A stretch of 64,000 bases of DNA from assembly GCA_965202585.1 (NCBI GenBank), contig OZ241830.1:69998001-70062000 (forward strand), in the 5' to 3' direction. The DNA comes from Thalia democratica (lineage: Eukaryota). Position 1 is the stretch's first letter. Each line of letters begins with the position of its first letter. The position numbers and the translations under genes are program-made. This document shows, one piece after another, positions 38,760-51,700 of the stretch. The notes beneath the pieces are model-generated. The model did not search any database. It was not told the DNA's origin and saw only the letters and a program-made list of their open reading frames with translations.

Positions 38760-40692
38760 TTGTGACGTCATAATATGTTTGAGAAGCAATGCTGGAACTG
38801 CATTTTTTATTTGATTGTCACATATTTTGCTTTGAATGATTTTTTTTTTGCTCTTTTTCGAATTAGGAATTTTCATTCGACAGCTTTTGTCGCTCTTTTA
38901 AAAATATTTCAATTTAGTTTATATACTTAAGTGAAAAAACACAACTAGATTGTAAAATATAAAAATTATAAATTATAATTCATTACTTTTAAGCTAATTT
39001 ACAGAATTAACTAACCTGTTAATGAAAAATAAATTAAATCAAGTTTTCAATAAAAGACTATAAAACAGCTTGTAGATAAATTTTAACTTTTATTTCCAAC
39101 TACTTTTTGGCAAAACCTTTAAAAAGCTATTTAAATAATTCAAATGACACTTGTTTTCATTAGATTGTCTTATATTTAGAAGAAGTTGTTTTACATACGA
39201 TTTACTTTATTTGAAAATAATTACTTAAGCAACAGTTTCTTACAAATTTTAAGATAAAATAACATAAAATGAAATATATTCTAACACAAAATTTAGTTTA
39301 TTTTTTCTTAAAGTTTTACGAACTTAATAGGTGAAATTTTTGCAAAAAGAAAAGTAATAGTATTTTTTAATGAAAATGAGCAACCAGTACGTGTGATTTT
39401 TTCTTTGAGTATTTAAAGTTATTCTGTCTGTTTTGCTTTTTATTATTTAAATCATACATATGTATTACGATTAATAATATAGAAATGCAGTACAAAGTAA
39501 ATACCTTACAATAACTCTGATTTATCATATTTTTTTGTAATGTTTTTGAAAATATATAAATATCACATATAGTATTACCTAGATTGAAAATTCCTTAAAG
39601 TTAATATTTTTGGTGTTAAAGTCAGCTAAATAAGAGAAAATCTTTAAAAAAAATTGTTTCACAAACTTGCAAAAATTTTAAGTTTTATATTTATTTGACA
39701 CTCAAACCTGTTTTTTAATAGCAGTTCATATGTCTAAAATATACTAAAAAATTTCAAGTTTAAGTTTAAGATTTAGTACTAAACTTTCATAGGATGGCTG
39801 AAATATCGTTACGATTATTTTTGTCGAAGGTTAATTGAATTATATATCATATCAAAGACTGTCATTTAGCACTTAGGTGCATTTTTAGACAACATTATTA
39901 ATGACACCCGAATGATTGATAACATGTGTTAACTAAAGCGAGAAGATTAATGATTTCTGATTTTACTTTAGTTTTAGAATGTAATATAAATAAATATATC
40001 GCCCAGTTTCGATGCTGCAGCTGGATATTAAAGTTTTAGAGTTATTGACGAGCTGCTTGTATTGTCTATAAAAGCTCTTTGCCTGTATAAATTTAAACAT
40101 TTTAAAATGATCAGCATAACACAGCATAAAGTATTTATTACAACTTAGGCGTACTGAATAAATTTATTAAACACAATCAATTACAAAAGCAACGTATATT
40201 TTAAGCAGTTTGTCAGGGTTTCTTGAAATCTTTTTCACAAAAGTCTTTTAATATCTTTTTACGAAACCTAGACTGTTAAATGACTTTAGTTAATGAAAAT
40301 TAATAAAAGTTAAGTAAATGATAAATCAAAACAATCTATTATGTTAAATTAATTTTCGTTTCAGTTTCAGAAAACTAATCTTTTTTTGTTGTTTTTACAA
40401 AATAAATCAATAAAAATTTTGAATTATAAAGAAACTTTTTTTAAAACTACACTTTCATTGAATAAGCTAGAAAAGTATAAATTGTTTAAAATAAAAGATC
40501 AGATATAGTTAATATATATAATAATTGAATAAATTTCTAAGTTATCTATCATATAATCATAATAATCTGTAGTGAAATATCTTTTATGAAACTTAATAAA
40601 AAAATGAAATAGTTTTTTTACATACTAATTCAAAGACTTATTAACAAAAATGATGGATTGATTAGCTAAAACTAATGTAAATATTGGTATTC

Positions 40693-41068
40693 GAGCTGGC
40701 AACGTTTTTAGTCGGCGGTCCAGATGTAAAAAATATTTGGCTGTTTGAAGCATTTCAATCTTATTGAACTCACAAATATTATTAAATTATTATATATTAA
40801 TTATATGTAATCTTTTGTTTACTATATGTAAAGTAAGTTTCAAGTTTCCCGATATCTATTTTAAAAAGATTTTTTTCTTTTCTTTAATTCCAGGATATCT
40901 AGTGTAAACCTCAAACTTTAGTTCATCAGTCCAGATTTAAACGCAGGCTGTATTTTTATGTTTTTAAGGTCGGATTTCTCTTTAGGTTTGTAATCATTGG
41001 CGGGATGGTCAGTTTCTTTCCAAGGATCGAATCAGGCCTGCGGCCTTTGAGTAAGTTTAGTTCGCCCA
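40693..41068. mobile_element. Decayed hAT-type MITE remnant
   Basis: Ends GCTGGCAACGTTTTT..GGCGGTCCAGAT and GGATCGAATCAGGCCTGCGGCC..AGTTT resemble hAT (Charlie-like) termini as I recall them; not seen in unit 1. Confidence 0.4.
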
Positions 41069-41769
41069 TTATAATAACTTAATATTTTTGTACCAGATTG
41101 CTGAAATATTTACAAAGATTTAAATGCACTCAATCAATAATGATAAGCTTATATATTTATGTTGCTACTATTTTATTACTTCTTAGCTTATGATTTTTTT
41201 TATTGTTAACAACTCATGGTTAGTATTATATTCATAAAAATAAACAAATAAAAAACTATACAGCACTCAGTTTAAATTATCTTAAGATTTTATAAGTAGT
41301 AACCTTTTATGTTATTTCTAAAACAAGTTGATTTTTTTTTACAAATTACATTTTTTTTTATAGCTTTAAAATTAAGTTTAAAAGATAAGTGCCTTAATAT
41401 ATTAATAATTTTTTAAGGAAGTTACAAATATTTGGATATTTTCTTTATCAATAAATGAAATATTAAAAGAAACTTACATTCAAATCTTTTTTCGCATACT
41501 TAAAGAAACTGTAGCTAAACAATAAAAATGTTTTATTTTTACGTTTTTAAAATACTAATAATGTGCTACCCCTTTAAAAAAAATTATCTTTAGACTTAAA
41601 GTATTTTCTATGATATTAAACTTACTTAATTCAAAAAGCAAATCATTTAATTTATTTGAGTAGTTTTAAACTAATAAAATTTTATTAAATCTATTTATGT
41701 AAACATACAAGTTAACTTTTACAGGTTTTAACTGTTGATAAAGTTTTTTGTCAGCATTATATTGAAAAA

Positions 41770-42741
41770 ATGGTATTCAGTTTCAAAAAAATTAGCAGAA
41801 GTTTAAGTGATCAGTTTTCTGTTTTGTATCAAAATAGATATTGTGATCAAGAAGACTTTAGTATTGCTGTGTTTAGTGGTAAAATGTATGGCGAAGGTAA
41901 ATCAAACAATAAACCTTTTTTGTTGAACAAATTTGACACTAAAATGTACCTTCCTAGTCTGCCTATACCTGAATATGGTCTTAAAGCAACTTCTAGTGGT
42001 TCTGATATTTTTGTATTAGCTTGGCTTGAAGATCGCAGTTCCTCCGCCGTTATAAAGTATTCTTCTTTCACAAAAAAGTGGAAAATGTTACCTGCATTAA
42101 AAAAACTATATCCACCTTACTATGTATGTGCCTTCATGCAAAAGGTGTTTGTTATCAGTGGAACTAGTTACAAGAGCTATTGTATGTTTTATGATATTCA
42201 ACGTGACCAATGGACTTCTGTAGAATCTATGAAAAAAAGTAGGGAAAATGCAGCTTGTACAGTTTTTGAAGGCAAAATTATTGTTTCAGGAGGTTCAAAG
42301 AAAAACGATCAAATCTCAGTTGAAGCAGAGGGTCGGCCGGTTCGTAGTTTATTTGTTATCAAAAAACAAAATTCAGTTGAAAGTTATGACTTTCATGAAA
42401 ATAAATGGTCCTGTTTTCCTGACATGTTATCACCAAGAAGCAATCATGCTGCAATTAGTATTGGCAACAAAATGTTTATGATTGGAGGTAGTAGTGGCTA
42501 TTTTGAAGTGTTTGATAGTGTTACAAGAAAGTTTAAGTATATTAAAGACACTCCAAAATGGGGATGGAGTCCAGGTAATCACGTAATCAACATTATTTAT
42601 AAGATATATTTCTTCCAAGACCATTACAAGAAAGTTGATGTACTCAGTTATGATGTAAAAAACAATCTACTTAGTTTGAAAACTCCGATAAAGATGAAAA
42701 ATTTCGAATATATCATATGCGTTAAGGTCCCAATGATTTAA
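41770..42741 (+). CDS. Kelch-repeat beta-propeller protein (323 aa, single ORF, no BTB/BACK seen)
   Basis: Kelch repeats with GG / Y-D / W signatures: FYDIQRDQWTSVESMKKSRENAACTVFEGKIIVSGG and SYDFHENKWSCFPDMLSPRSNHAAISIGNKMFMIGG. Confidence 0.85.
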   Translation: MVFSFKKISRSLSDQFSVLYQNRYCDQEDFSIAVFSGKMYGEGKSNNKPFLLNKFDTKMYLPSLPIPEYGLKATSSGSDIFVLAWLEDRSSSAVIKYSSFTKKWKMLPALKKLYPPYYVCAFMQKVFVISGTSYKSYCMFYDIQRDQWTSVESMKKSRENAACTVFEGKIIVSGGSKKNDQISVEAEGRPVRSLFVIKKQNSVESYDFHENKWSCFPDMLSPRSNHAAISIGNKMFMIGGSSGYFEVFDSVTRKFKYIKDTPKWGWSPGNHVINIIYKIYFFQDHYKKVDVLSYDVKNNLLSLKTPIKMKNFEYIICVKVPMI

Positions 42742-45700
42742 AAAACAAAATTTATTTTAACTGTATTTAATTTCAATAACTGTAATTTTATTGTAGATTT
42801 TTGTAACTTTTAGTTTCTTGTTTTTTTGTAATTCCTCTGTTAGTTTAAACGCAATAAAAAAAATTTTTGTTTAAATTTTATTTAAATACATTACTATAAT
42901 AAAATGTTTATAGAATTTAAATTTATTTTAGCTATTTATCATTGACATTTAGATATGTCTAAAGATATGAGTCAATAAAATTAGTAATTGAAGTTTTTGT
43001 CAGCTTTTTGTACTACTTAAAGTAACTGATAAATACTTTTAATAAATTGACTAAACCGTAAATATCATTTTTGTCTATAAATTATTATCGACCGTTGCTA
43101 AATTACATTCGTTAAAGTTTTATTTTTGTATACACAAACGTTTTATCCTAAAAAAAAAATTATATTTAATAATAAAAAAAAAATTAAAATAAAATTACAA
43201 TTCTAACTATAACTAACTTTCTTGAAATCTTTAAAGTGCTTTGTTACTTTTTTTTTATCCTTAAAGAATTCATTTAATTTCTATAAGTCTTAAAAATGTT
43301 TTTAAGTTGTAAGCTGTTTTCTTTTAGTATAATTTATGTCATACATTTCTTTATCAAATAACTTGATTTAATAATAAATAGTTGTTTTTACTCCTTTCAA
43401 AAGAACTGATATTCTCGACCAAAGTTGTTACTAAACTATTTATGAAATTAAAGTAAATTCTCTGTAAAATATTTGTAAACAAGATTTATACGTCCTTAAT
43501 AAGTATTTATTGTGTTTTAAAAAAGCATATGTGGTTGCCTACAGAATACTTTCAAAAAGACAGAAGCATAATTTTAATTAAATTCTATTTTTAAGACTAC
43601 TTTGTACAAAAAATCTATGTTTATAGAAAATTGAGTCTTAGAAATTTCAATTCTAATACAGTGTGAAGTATTTTTGCGCAAATATAATTTACAGTTAAAG
43701 CCTTAAACAAAATTTGGTGTAATTTTATGAAGTAGATTTTTAGACCGGTTATAATGGTTTGTATAATTTAATTTTGCTAATCTTAAAATAAAAAAGATTT
43801 TTCAAAGTTTGCAAATATTTAACGAGTTATACAGTAATCTTTCTCTTTAATATACTTTTATTAGGCAGACACTTCCCGTGAAAACGTATTTATACAGATA
43901 TAACATTGTGTTCAAAATGCTTATTTTTAGTTTTGAAATATCTTTCAAAAAACTTAATCAGTATCAATTCTTACGGGAGTTTTTTATTATTTTGCAAAAT
44001 CAATAATTAAAATCACGAGCAAGCAGTAGATCTCTAAAAATTTATAAAAAAATATTGTAAGCTTTGGGCGCAAAATTAAAAGGCTCGCGAGCTGATTTCT
44101 AACATTGGCGAGCCGGCCAGTTTCACTGTTATTTTGAACAAATTTGGAAAAATTGCTACACATTAGACATAAATTCAACTTTTTACTCTGTGCAAAACGA
44201 TATACAAGCAGTTAAAACTGTACTTACAAAAACATTTAAAAAACAAAAGCAAGTATTTAAAAAAAATTAAAACATAAAAGTAATTATAAAACATTTGCTC
44301 ACCGTAAATGTGATAATTTAATCCATACAATATTTTGAGTTTTGAGTCAACACATCCAACATCGGCAAATTTTGGTGACTTAATATCCGGCAGGTCAATT
44401 TAATATTAAATTTCAGTTATATCAGAGTGTAATTTATAGTTAAATTTAGTAATTTTTTTTTGGATTTGATAAACAGCTTTAATAAAAAATATAAATTTTA
44501 CCGTGTTTTACAATTTGACCCGTTTGTTTTTACTGCAAGGACATGCCTACCCACGTATTACATTAGTACTTTAATAGTATATCTGCATTCACATTAGATC
44601 TAAGAGTGACTAATCACTAACAAACAATAAGACTACAAAAAAAAATTTGTTTGGGCGTCTGATTATTTTTTTTGAATAGCTTATAGTTAGCATCACTTAT
44701 CATGATGAGTTGTTGTCAATAAAATTATTTTGAAACGTCCGATATAATCTGACTACTTCACTATTTTTACAACAAATTAAATTGAAGAGTTTATATAATT
44801 ATATAAATATTTCATAAAATCAAATCTAGTTTTTGTTAGTTTTTTTAATTAAAATACGATGCTTTAAATTTTTCAATACTGAGACTTTCTTTATTTTTTG
44901 TAGTAAACTAGACTTCTAAAGACAGCGAGCTAAACCAAATTTACCAAAACTTGCATAGGTTCAGTAATTATGTATCCGCAAAAAGCAAACAGAATACATT
45001 AACGCACTTAATTAATTTCGAGTCGATATGTTGATTAGTGACATGTTGCTTAGTAACCGCGACGCTCGTTGCCATGTAAAATTACACTTGCGGCTGTCAC
45101 CATGAAATTTTGCTCGCTTGATCAAACGTTAATGGAATCTTTTTTTCCACTTTCAAAATTGTTAACCATACCAGTTTGCTTTTGAAAGTATTATTTTGAT
45201 ACACTCTGTTGGAAACTGTTACATGTAGCAATACGGTTATTTATTTATTTCAAAAGACTTGACACCTGCAATGAACAAGCTTAAAAGATTTTTTTTTGGT
45301 AGTTTTGTGTAAAAACTCGCACGTAAATTTAAAAGTTTCTATTTAAAAGTTTTTTTTTTACTTTTCTCAAACAATGTTTATATAAGTTAATATCTCTAAG
45401 TTTGTTGTTATTCTAATGCGAACTATATATAAATAAAAATTGTTAACAATCAGGTAATCTAACAAACTTTATAAATCCCGATTTAATACTTAAAACTATT
45501 ACACTCATTTAAATCACGGTTTTTTAAACTCAATTTTAGAAACGCCTTTTTTCAGAAAATTTAAAAAATATTTTCCTACTCATTATAAACCCAGATTATT
45601 TGGTGTAAGTTTAAAATCTCTCGTGAATAATACCTAAAAGCTTTTTATTTTTCTTCAATACAAACCCAAAAGTGTCTAGTTTTAATATCTTTTAAAAAGT

Positions 45701-48700
45701 TTATAAGTACCTACTTATTGCCACTTTACTAGTCACGTCGTTTTGCATCTTACCTCCGCCTGACTTATTGCTCCCATTTGGGACATATGGAACATTAAGT
45801 TTAATAATTGTTTTAGAGAAATTTAATTAAAACATCTTAAAAGTTGGTGTAACTCTCTTTAAAAGATTTTTAATAACATTATTTGTTTAATGATTAGTTA
45901 AACAGATTATATACTTACTATAAAGTTTAAATAAATGAAGTTATATTTTACCGAATAAGTTTATAAATAATTATAAATATAACCATTTTATAGAATTTTT
46001 TGTTACATATGAAATATTATATTTTTTATATAAATAAAAGTTTGAATAAGAATTGATTATCTTAGTATTAACAAGTTACAGCACTTATGATTAGTTTAAG
46101 ACAATATTTGCTTTTTTATTTTGATAATTATTTTCTTAAATTCCTAAACTCAAAACTATATTTTACCGTATTTTTCTAATCGTATACTAATTTTATGCAT
46201 AAAAATTCAAAGTAGTCTTGCAAAAACAAGCTAAAATAATAAAAGTAGATTAAAAAATAACAATACGTTAAACTAAACGTGGTGTTAAAGTTTTTGCAAG
46301 CAATCAGAAGCGCTTCTAAACTAAAAAACACGTTTAAGACATATCAATAAAGTCACAGTTGTTCTCTTACGATTATTAGTCTAAGGGTATCAGTTGAACT
46401 TAAAACTTTACATTGCGGAAGCAAAGTGTGGCGCCATGAATTGTTGTTGTTGATAAAATATCAATCTTCCAAGTAACACAGCAACAGAATCTCCGCAACT
46501 GATAAATTATTCATGTTGTTCGTAGGTGGCAAAATTTTTTGTGTTTGATGGTTGTTGACTTGTAGATTAAATGGTTATTTTGGCTGCGATTATGATTAAC
46601 TCAAATTTGTATACCTACTAATAAAAGTATGTGCTGAATAGAACTTAGTTATACAAAAGGTGTAAAAGTTTCATTTATCACTAAAAATGCATTGTAAAGT
46701 TAGTGATTTAAGGTTACTTACTTTCTGAAACAAAATAAAACTGTTGAAAACTAACTATTTAAAATACAGTATTAAAAATATTTAAGCATGATTCTAAACT
46801 CGAATACAATTGCATAATAAAAAGATCATCTGTAATAAAAATATTAATAAAACTGTTTGTTAAGTTTTGTTTTGTTATTTTTTATTTTAGCTTATTTTTT
46901 TTAATTAAATTAAATACTGTAATAGTTACTTACAAGATTTTCACTAGATAAATATAAAAAAATATTTTGATGGATACGTACCAAAAATTAACTGTTAAAA
47001 ATTAACACCCAAATTTACTACCAAGAAACTAACTGTCGCTTATTAAACATTATAAAAAACTTTTTATCTAAAATCGAGAAACTATCTATGCCAATTACCA
47101 AAAAATGAATTGTTTTTTTTTCATTGTTTTAGAATTTTTGGTGTTAATTGATCTATTTATTACATAGTGGATTTTTGTAAATTAAAGAAATTGTAACAAA
47201 TTATTAAGATTAGAAGTAATATAGTTAGAATACAACTTAAGGAGAATAAAATCACTTAAAATTTATTCAAGTTAATCTTAATTTGCTGGTGGTGTTTAAG
47301 TATGTAAGAAATTTACTAAAATTACAAAGAGATTCAGGTTTTCGTAAAATAGTTTTTGATTAAAATAAAAAAAGCTCGACTGCATTGTATCTCTAAAAAG
47401 TTTCTTTTAACTTGTTATGTTTTATATTGCAATTTATTCTGAATATATTAAGTTTTTCTTTCATCTTTACGAAAGCACTATGTGATGATATAAAAATAAA
47501 GTATTTAAAAAACAAAACAAAAAGCTCGAAGTTATAAGCCGCATATGATTAAAACTTTATCAAAAAAAATTAAAAGGTTGAGCTATTTTTCTTATCGAGA
47601 TTGTAACCTTACCGTTTAGTTCAGTAATAACCTTATGATCTAATTTTAGTTTTCTAAAAACTAAACTAACGTTAATGTATGTAAGACACCATTTTTATAA
47701 TTTTGAAAAAGTTTTGTTGATACCATAACAAAAGCAAGCAGTAGTACAAATAAGCTACTAGTTTTTGCAACTTTTAAGTATTAAAACTGCTCATTAAGGT
47801 CTGGATACTAAAAACAAATTTAATACTTTTGCTGAAAATATTGTAAAATAACTATAAAAGGAAGAAACTTCTTATCCTTTTTTGTTAAATAAATTTTTTA
47901 AGTCTTTTAAAAAGTTATTTATATTTTCACATGCATTAACAAAAAAAATATAAATAATAAATAACTTACTATTTAAACTTTGACAACTATATTTCTAGTA
48001 TTTCTCAAAAAGGCCACAAGTGCGGCGACGAAGAGCTATAATCAAGCTAACCAGAGAAGGAAAAAATGAAAAGGAGATAAAACATTTTGCGAAGTTTAAA
48101 TCATTACTGTTGCGTTTAGGTCTCGATTAGAAGCGCAACAAATAAAAAAAATGTAAAATTGGATCTGAATTTTTTTATAAACTGAAAAAGCTTAAACCGC
48201 AGTAAGTTTGTTTTAAGAATTAAAAGCTTTTGTTATAACAAAAGACTTTATCGCAGTTTTTATAGTCATGTTTTTCAGGTAGGCAATATATAGGTTACAG
48301 CTTTTTTTTAATAGTTGTATTAGTTTTTGTTGGACTTAAAGATCAGTGTTCTTTGTTTTTTTAAAGCAAGATATCAGAAACTAAAATGCGTGCTTTTAAT
48401 TTTTTGTCGTTCATGGAAAAGTGTTTTTTAGCGATTTATTTAAACTCTTAGGAATGACGTTTTAACGAAAAATAGTCAAAAGAGTTTTGGTTTAAACTTT
48501 TCTACGGTATAACAGCTCAGTGTGTGAATATTTCGTACATAAAAGGGCTACGGGCGAAACATTACACCTCATAGAATTTGTTGTGTAAATAAGGTTTAAA
48601 ATGGCGGCTTTAAACTTAACCAAGCGTTGAAATATGTGCTGACGTAGCAATAGAAAAAGGTGTTCAGGTATTGTATTTTAAATCAAAAGACAAAAAATGT

Positions 48701-51700
48701 AACATAACCCTGAATAGCTGAACAGATTCTTTTTAAGGTTAAAATTGATAAGTTCTCACGTTTGATTGAAACGTTTCATATATCAATGAGACACCTGACT
48801 TGAAAAGTTAAATATTGATTTTATTGATTTGCACAAGAGTTGAAAAGTTTTCTTGTTTACTGCAGTTTGTGTGTTTTTTAGATACTTGTTAAGTGAAATT
48901 TATATACTAAACTAAATTTCAAATTTGCATTAAAAATTATCTAAGGTAGTGTTAAAAATTGTAAAAAACCAAAACACTAAAAAGCAGATTTACTAAAAAG
49001 TTTAGATTTTAATAAATGTAAACAATAAAAATGAATGTAGTAAAACATTTATCTTTCAAAGTATATACAGCATTTATCTGTTGTTTTTAACTTGATAAAA
49101 AGCTTAAAACCTTTTCTCTGATATAAATTTTATTTTATCAAAAAGGTAGCTTTTAATCAGTTTAAAATTAATCGCAAAAACAGTTTATATCTGATTACAT
49201 TTTTAGTTTTAGAACAGTTATTGTAATATTTATTTTAAATTAAATCGACTAGAAAAATAATTTAATTTAGACAAAAAGTCTTTATGAACTATAAAGCTGT
49301 TTATTTAAAAACAACGTAATACAAGTACAACAGAACTTAGTTTGTTATGGTTTTCCGGCATTAAAAAAAAAACGGAAGCCGTTTTAATTTAATTGAATGA
49401 AAATCACGAGGATTAACTTGATAATTTTTAGGTTTGAGAATATTTCATTTAGCGTGCTGAATTAAAAAATTATCAGAAAGATCTACAGTGATGTTAATGA
49501 GATGCGGTCACAGTTGATAGTTTGAAGAAGTAAGATTGTTTGTTAGTGTTTCGCAGTTTGTCGATATTTTCTGTGTTTGTTATGACTACCGTTCGAAAAT
49601 ATTTCAAGCGATTCCTTACAGAAAGTGATAGGCGATTTTAAATGCAAGAAAAAAAGCTTTTTATTAAAGCAACACAATAGCGACGACTTAGCAATTTCAA
49701 ATAATAACCTTACCTTCCTCGTTGTTATGTTTTTTTTTTGCAGAAACTAAACTAGCCTGCATGAGACAGATTTAATACTTTGGTTAGATTTTGCTTGTTT
49801 TATTTTATTAGTTAAATTTCTATCTGCTGCTCCAATATATACTTTTAGCACGCATGTGTGCTACTAATAAGAATTAAAAACATACTTTTAGATTATGGGC
49901 AAAATATTTATGCTTGAAAGTTTTTGTTTTGTTTACTCATTAGACTAATAATGATGCACTTTGTAATGTAACTAGTTTTTTTTGTTACCAATATGAAAGT
50001 TCAATTCGTATCACCAATAAAAAGTTTAAATTAATCTGCGCTTTTTTGGTAAAGATATTAAGGTTAAAACAACTTGTATTATTTTTTGAAATAAAAAAGA
50101 TGTTAAAAAAAGTTATTTAAGAGCCTTTCAGTAATTATTGAAATATTGATATTCCGCAATAAACATGTATTGAAAGTTATTAAAGTAAACACTAACAGAA
50201 AATTGTTAATCTTTATAGCCAGGCGACATTAGTTTTTATTCTTCTATAATAAAAACCTCATTAAGTTCTTGTACAAAATTAATTGAACATTTAATTTTAA
50301 AACACAATTACACTGTTATATAATAAAAAGTTAAAAGTTATTTCATCGAAAGCAACTAAAAAAATACATTTTCACTCTGGTGTTAAAGATAGTGGTTTAT
50401 TTTGTAACTGTACCTTTATTACATTGAGTAATAATAAAATAACACAAAACACACTATGTAATATTCGAATAGTTGTGTTATTGTATAAAGTGTTCTTTTT
50501 TATCACAGAAAAACTATAAACTTTAATTTGTGTGTTATGTTTTTTACTTAGTTTTCTTTGCGTTTAAGAGAAAACAGAATTATAAATGAGTTTATAGACA
50601 GCACAGTGAAGTTATAGTTTACTGTAAAGTGACATAAAAAGCTGGTTTTAAAAAGAAATCTATTTATATTGGTTTTAGAATAAAAAGCAGTTCAACAAAA
50701 CAAAGTTGCATTATTGACATTGAATGAGTTGCAAGTTAAAATGTTATTCATTTTACACGTATTTATATTCAAAATATCCTGACCATTAAGCATCAATCAG
50801 TTCCACATCAGACTTGTTTACGTATTAGAAGGCGACATTATTACGTCATAGAGTGTAAAATATCCGTTTTTAAGCAAGAACAGTTTTTTGGCTGTTTTGT
50901 TTGTTTTTGCGTTATACTAAAGTTTCTTAGCATAAAATTATTCTGCCGATTTTTTAAAACTTTAATAGACATGATTAAACTCTGCTAGTCGCTATTTGTG
51001 TCTAGAAAGATTCAGCTGTCTCGATTTGTATTGTGTTATTTTAATGCGGCTCAAAGCAACGATAAATATTTTAATTTAAAAATCCTTTCAGAAGTATAAT
51101 AATATTTTTGACGGTTGATGTTCGACTTTTGTAGTTTAAAACCGTATTTTTATTTTTTAGAGTTTTTATAAATGGTATAATAAATCAACAAAAACATTGT
51201 TCAAACTATTTGAGTTTTAATTTATATTTTGCATTTGTTTTATTAAGGCTTAAAATTGACAGCATAATACCTTTTCAAATATAAACTGCTCGTAAAACTA
51301 ATGGTTTTAAATGTTTTATTACCCTGGTAGAAACGGAAGCGAATTATATTATATTTGAGATAATAAAAAGACAAATGATGTCGCTTTGAAGAAATTTTAA
51401 TAGTGAATTTTTGCACTATTCATAAATTAATTTATTCTCCTAAAATCATGCATTTTGATTAGTTACGATTGTATGAAAATGATATTTGAAAGTTTAAAAA
51501 ACGACTTAAACTTGCTGTTTTTGTTTATTTGCAAACGTTTACTATTCCAATTACTTATGTATAAATCGATTTTGAATACAATCGAATGCAGCTTATGAAT
51601 TGATATAAGACTGTTTTTAAATTTTAGTTATAACTTAAAATTAATAAATAATGCTTTAAAAAATTGAAATAGAGTAGAATATATATTAAATAAAACAACT

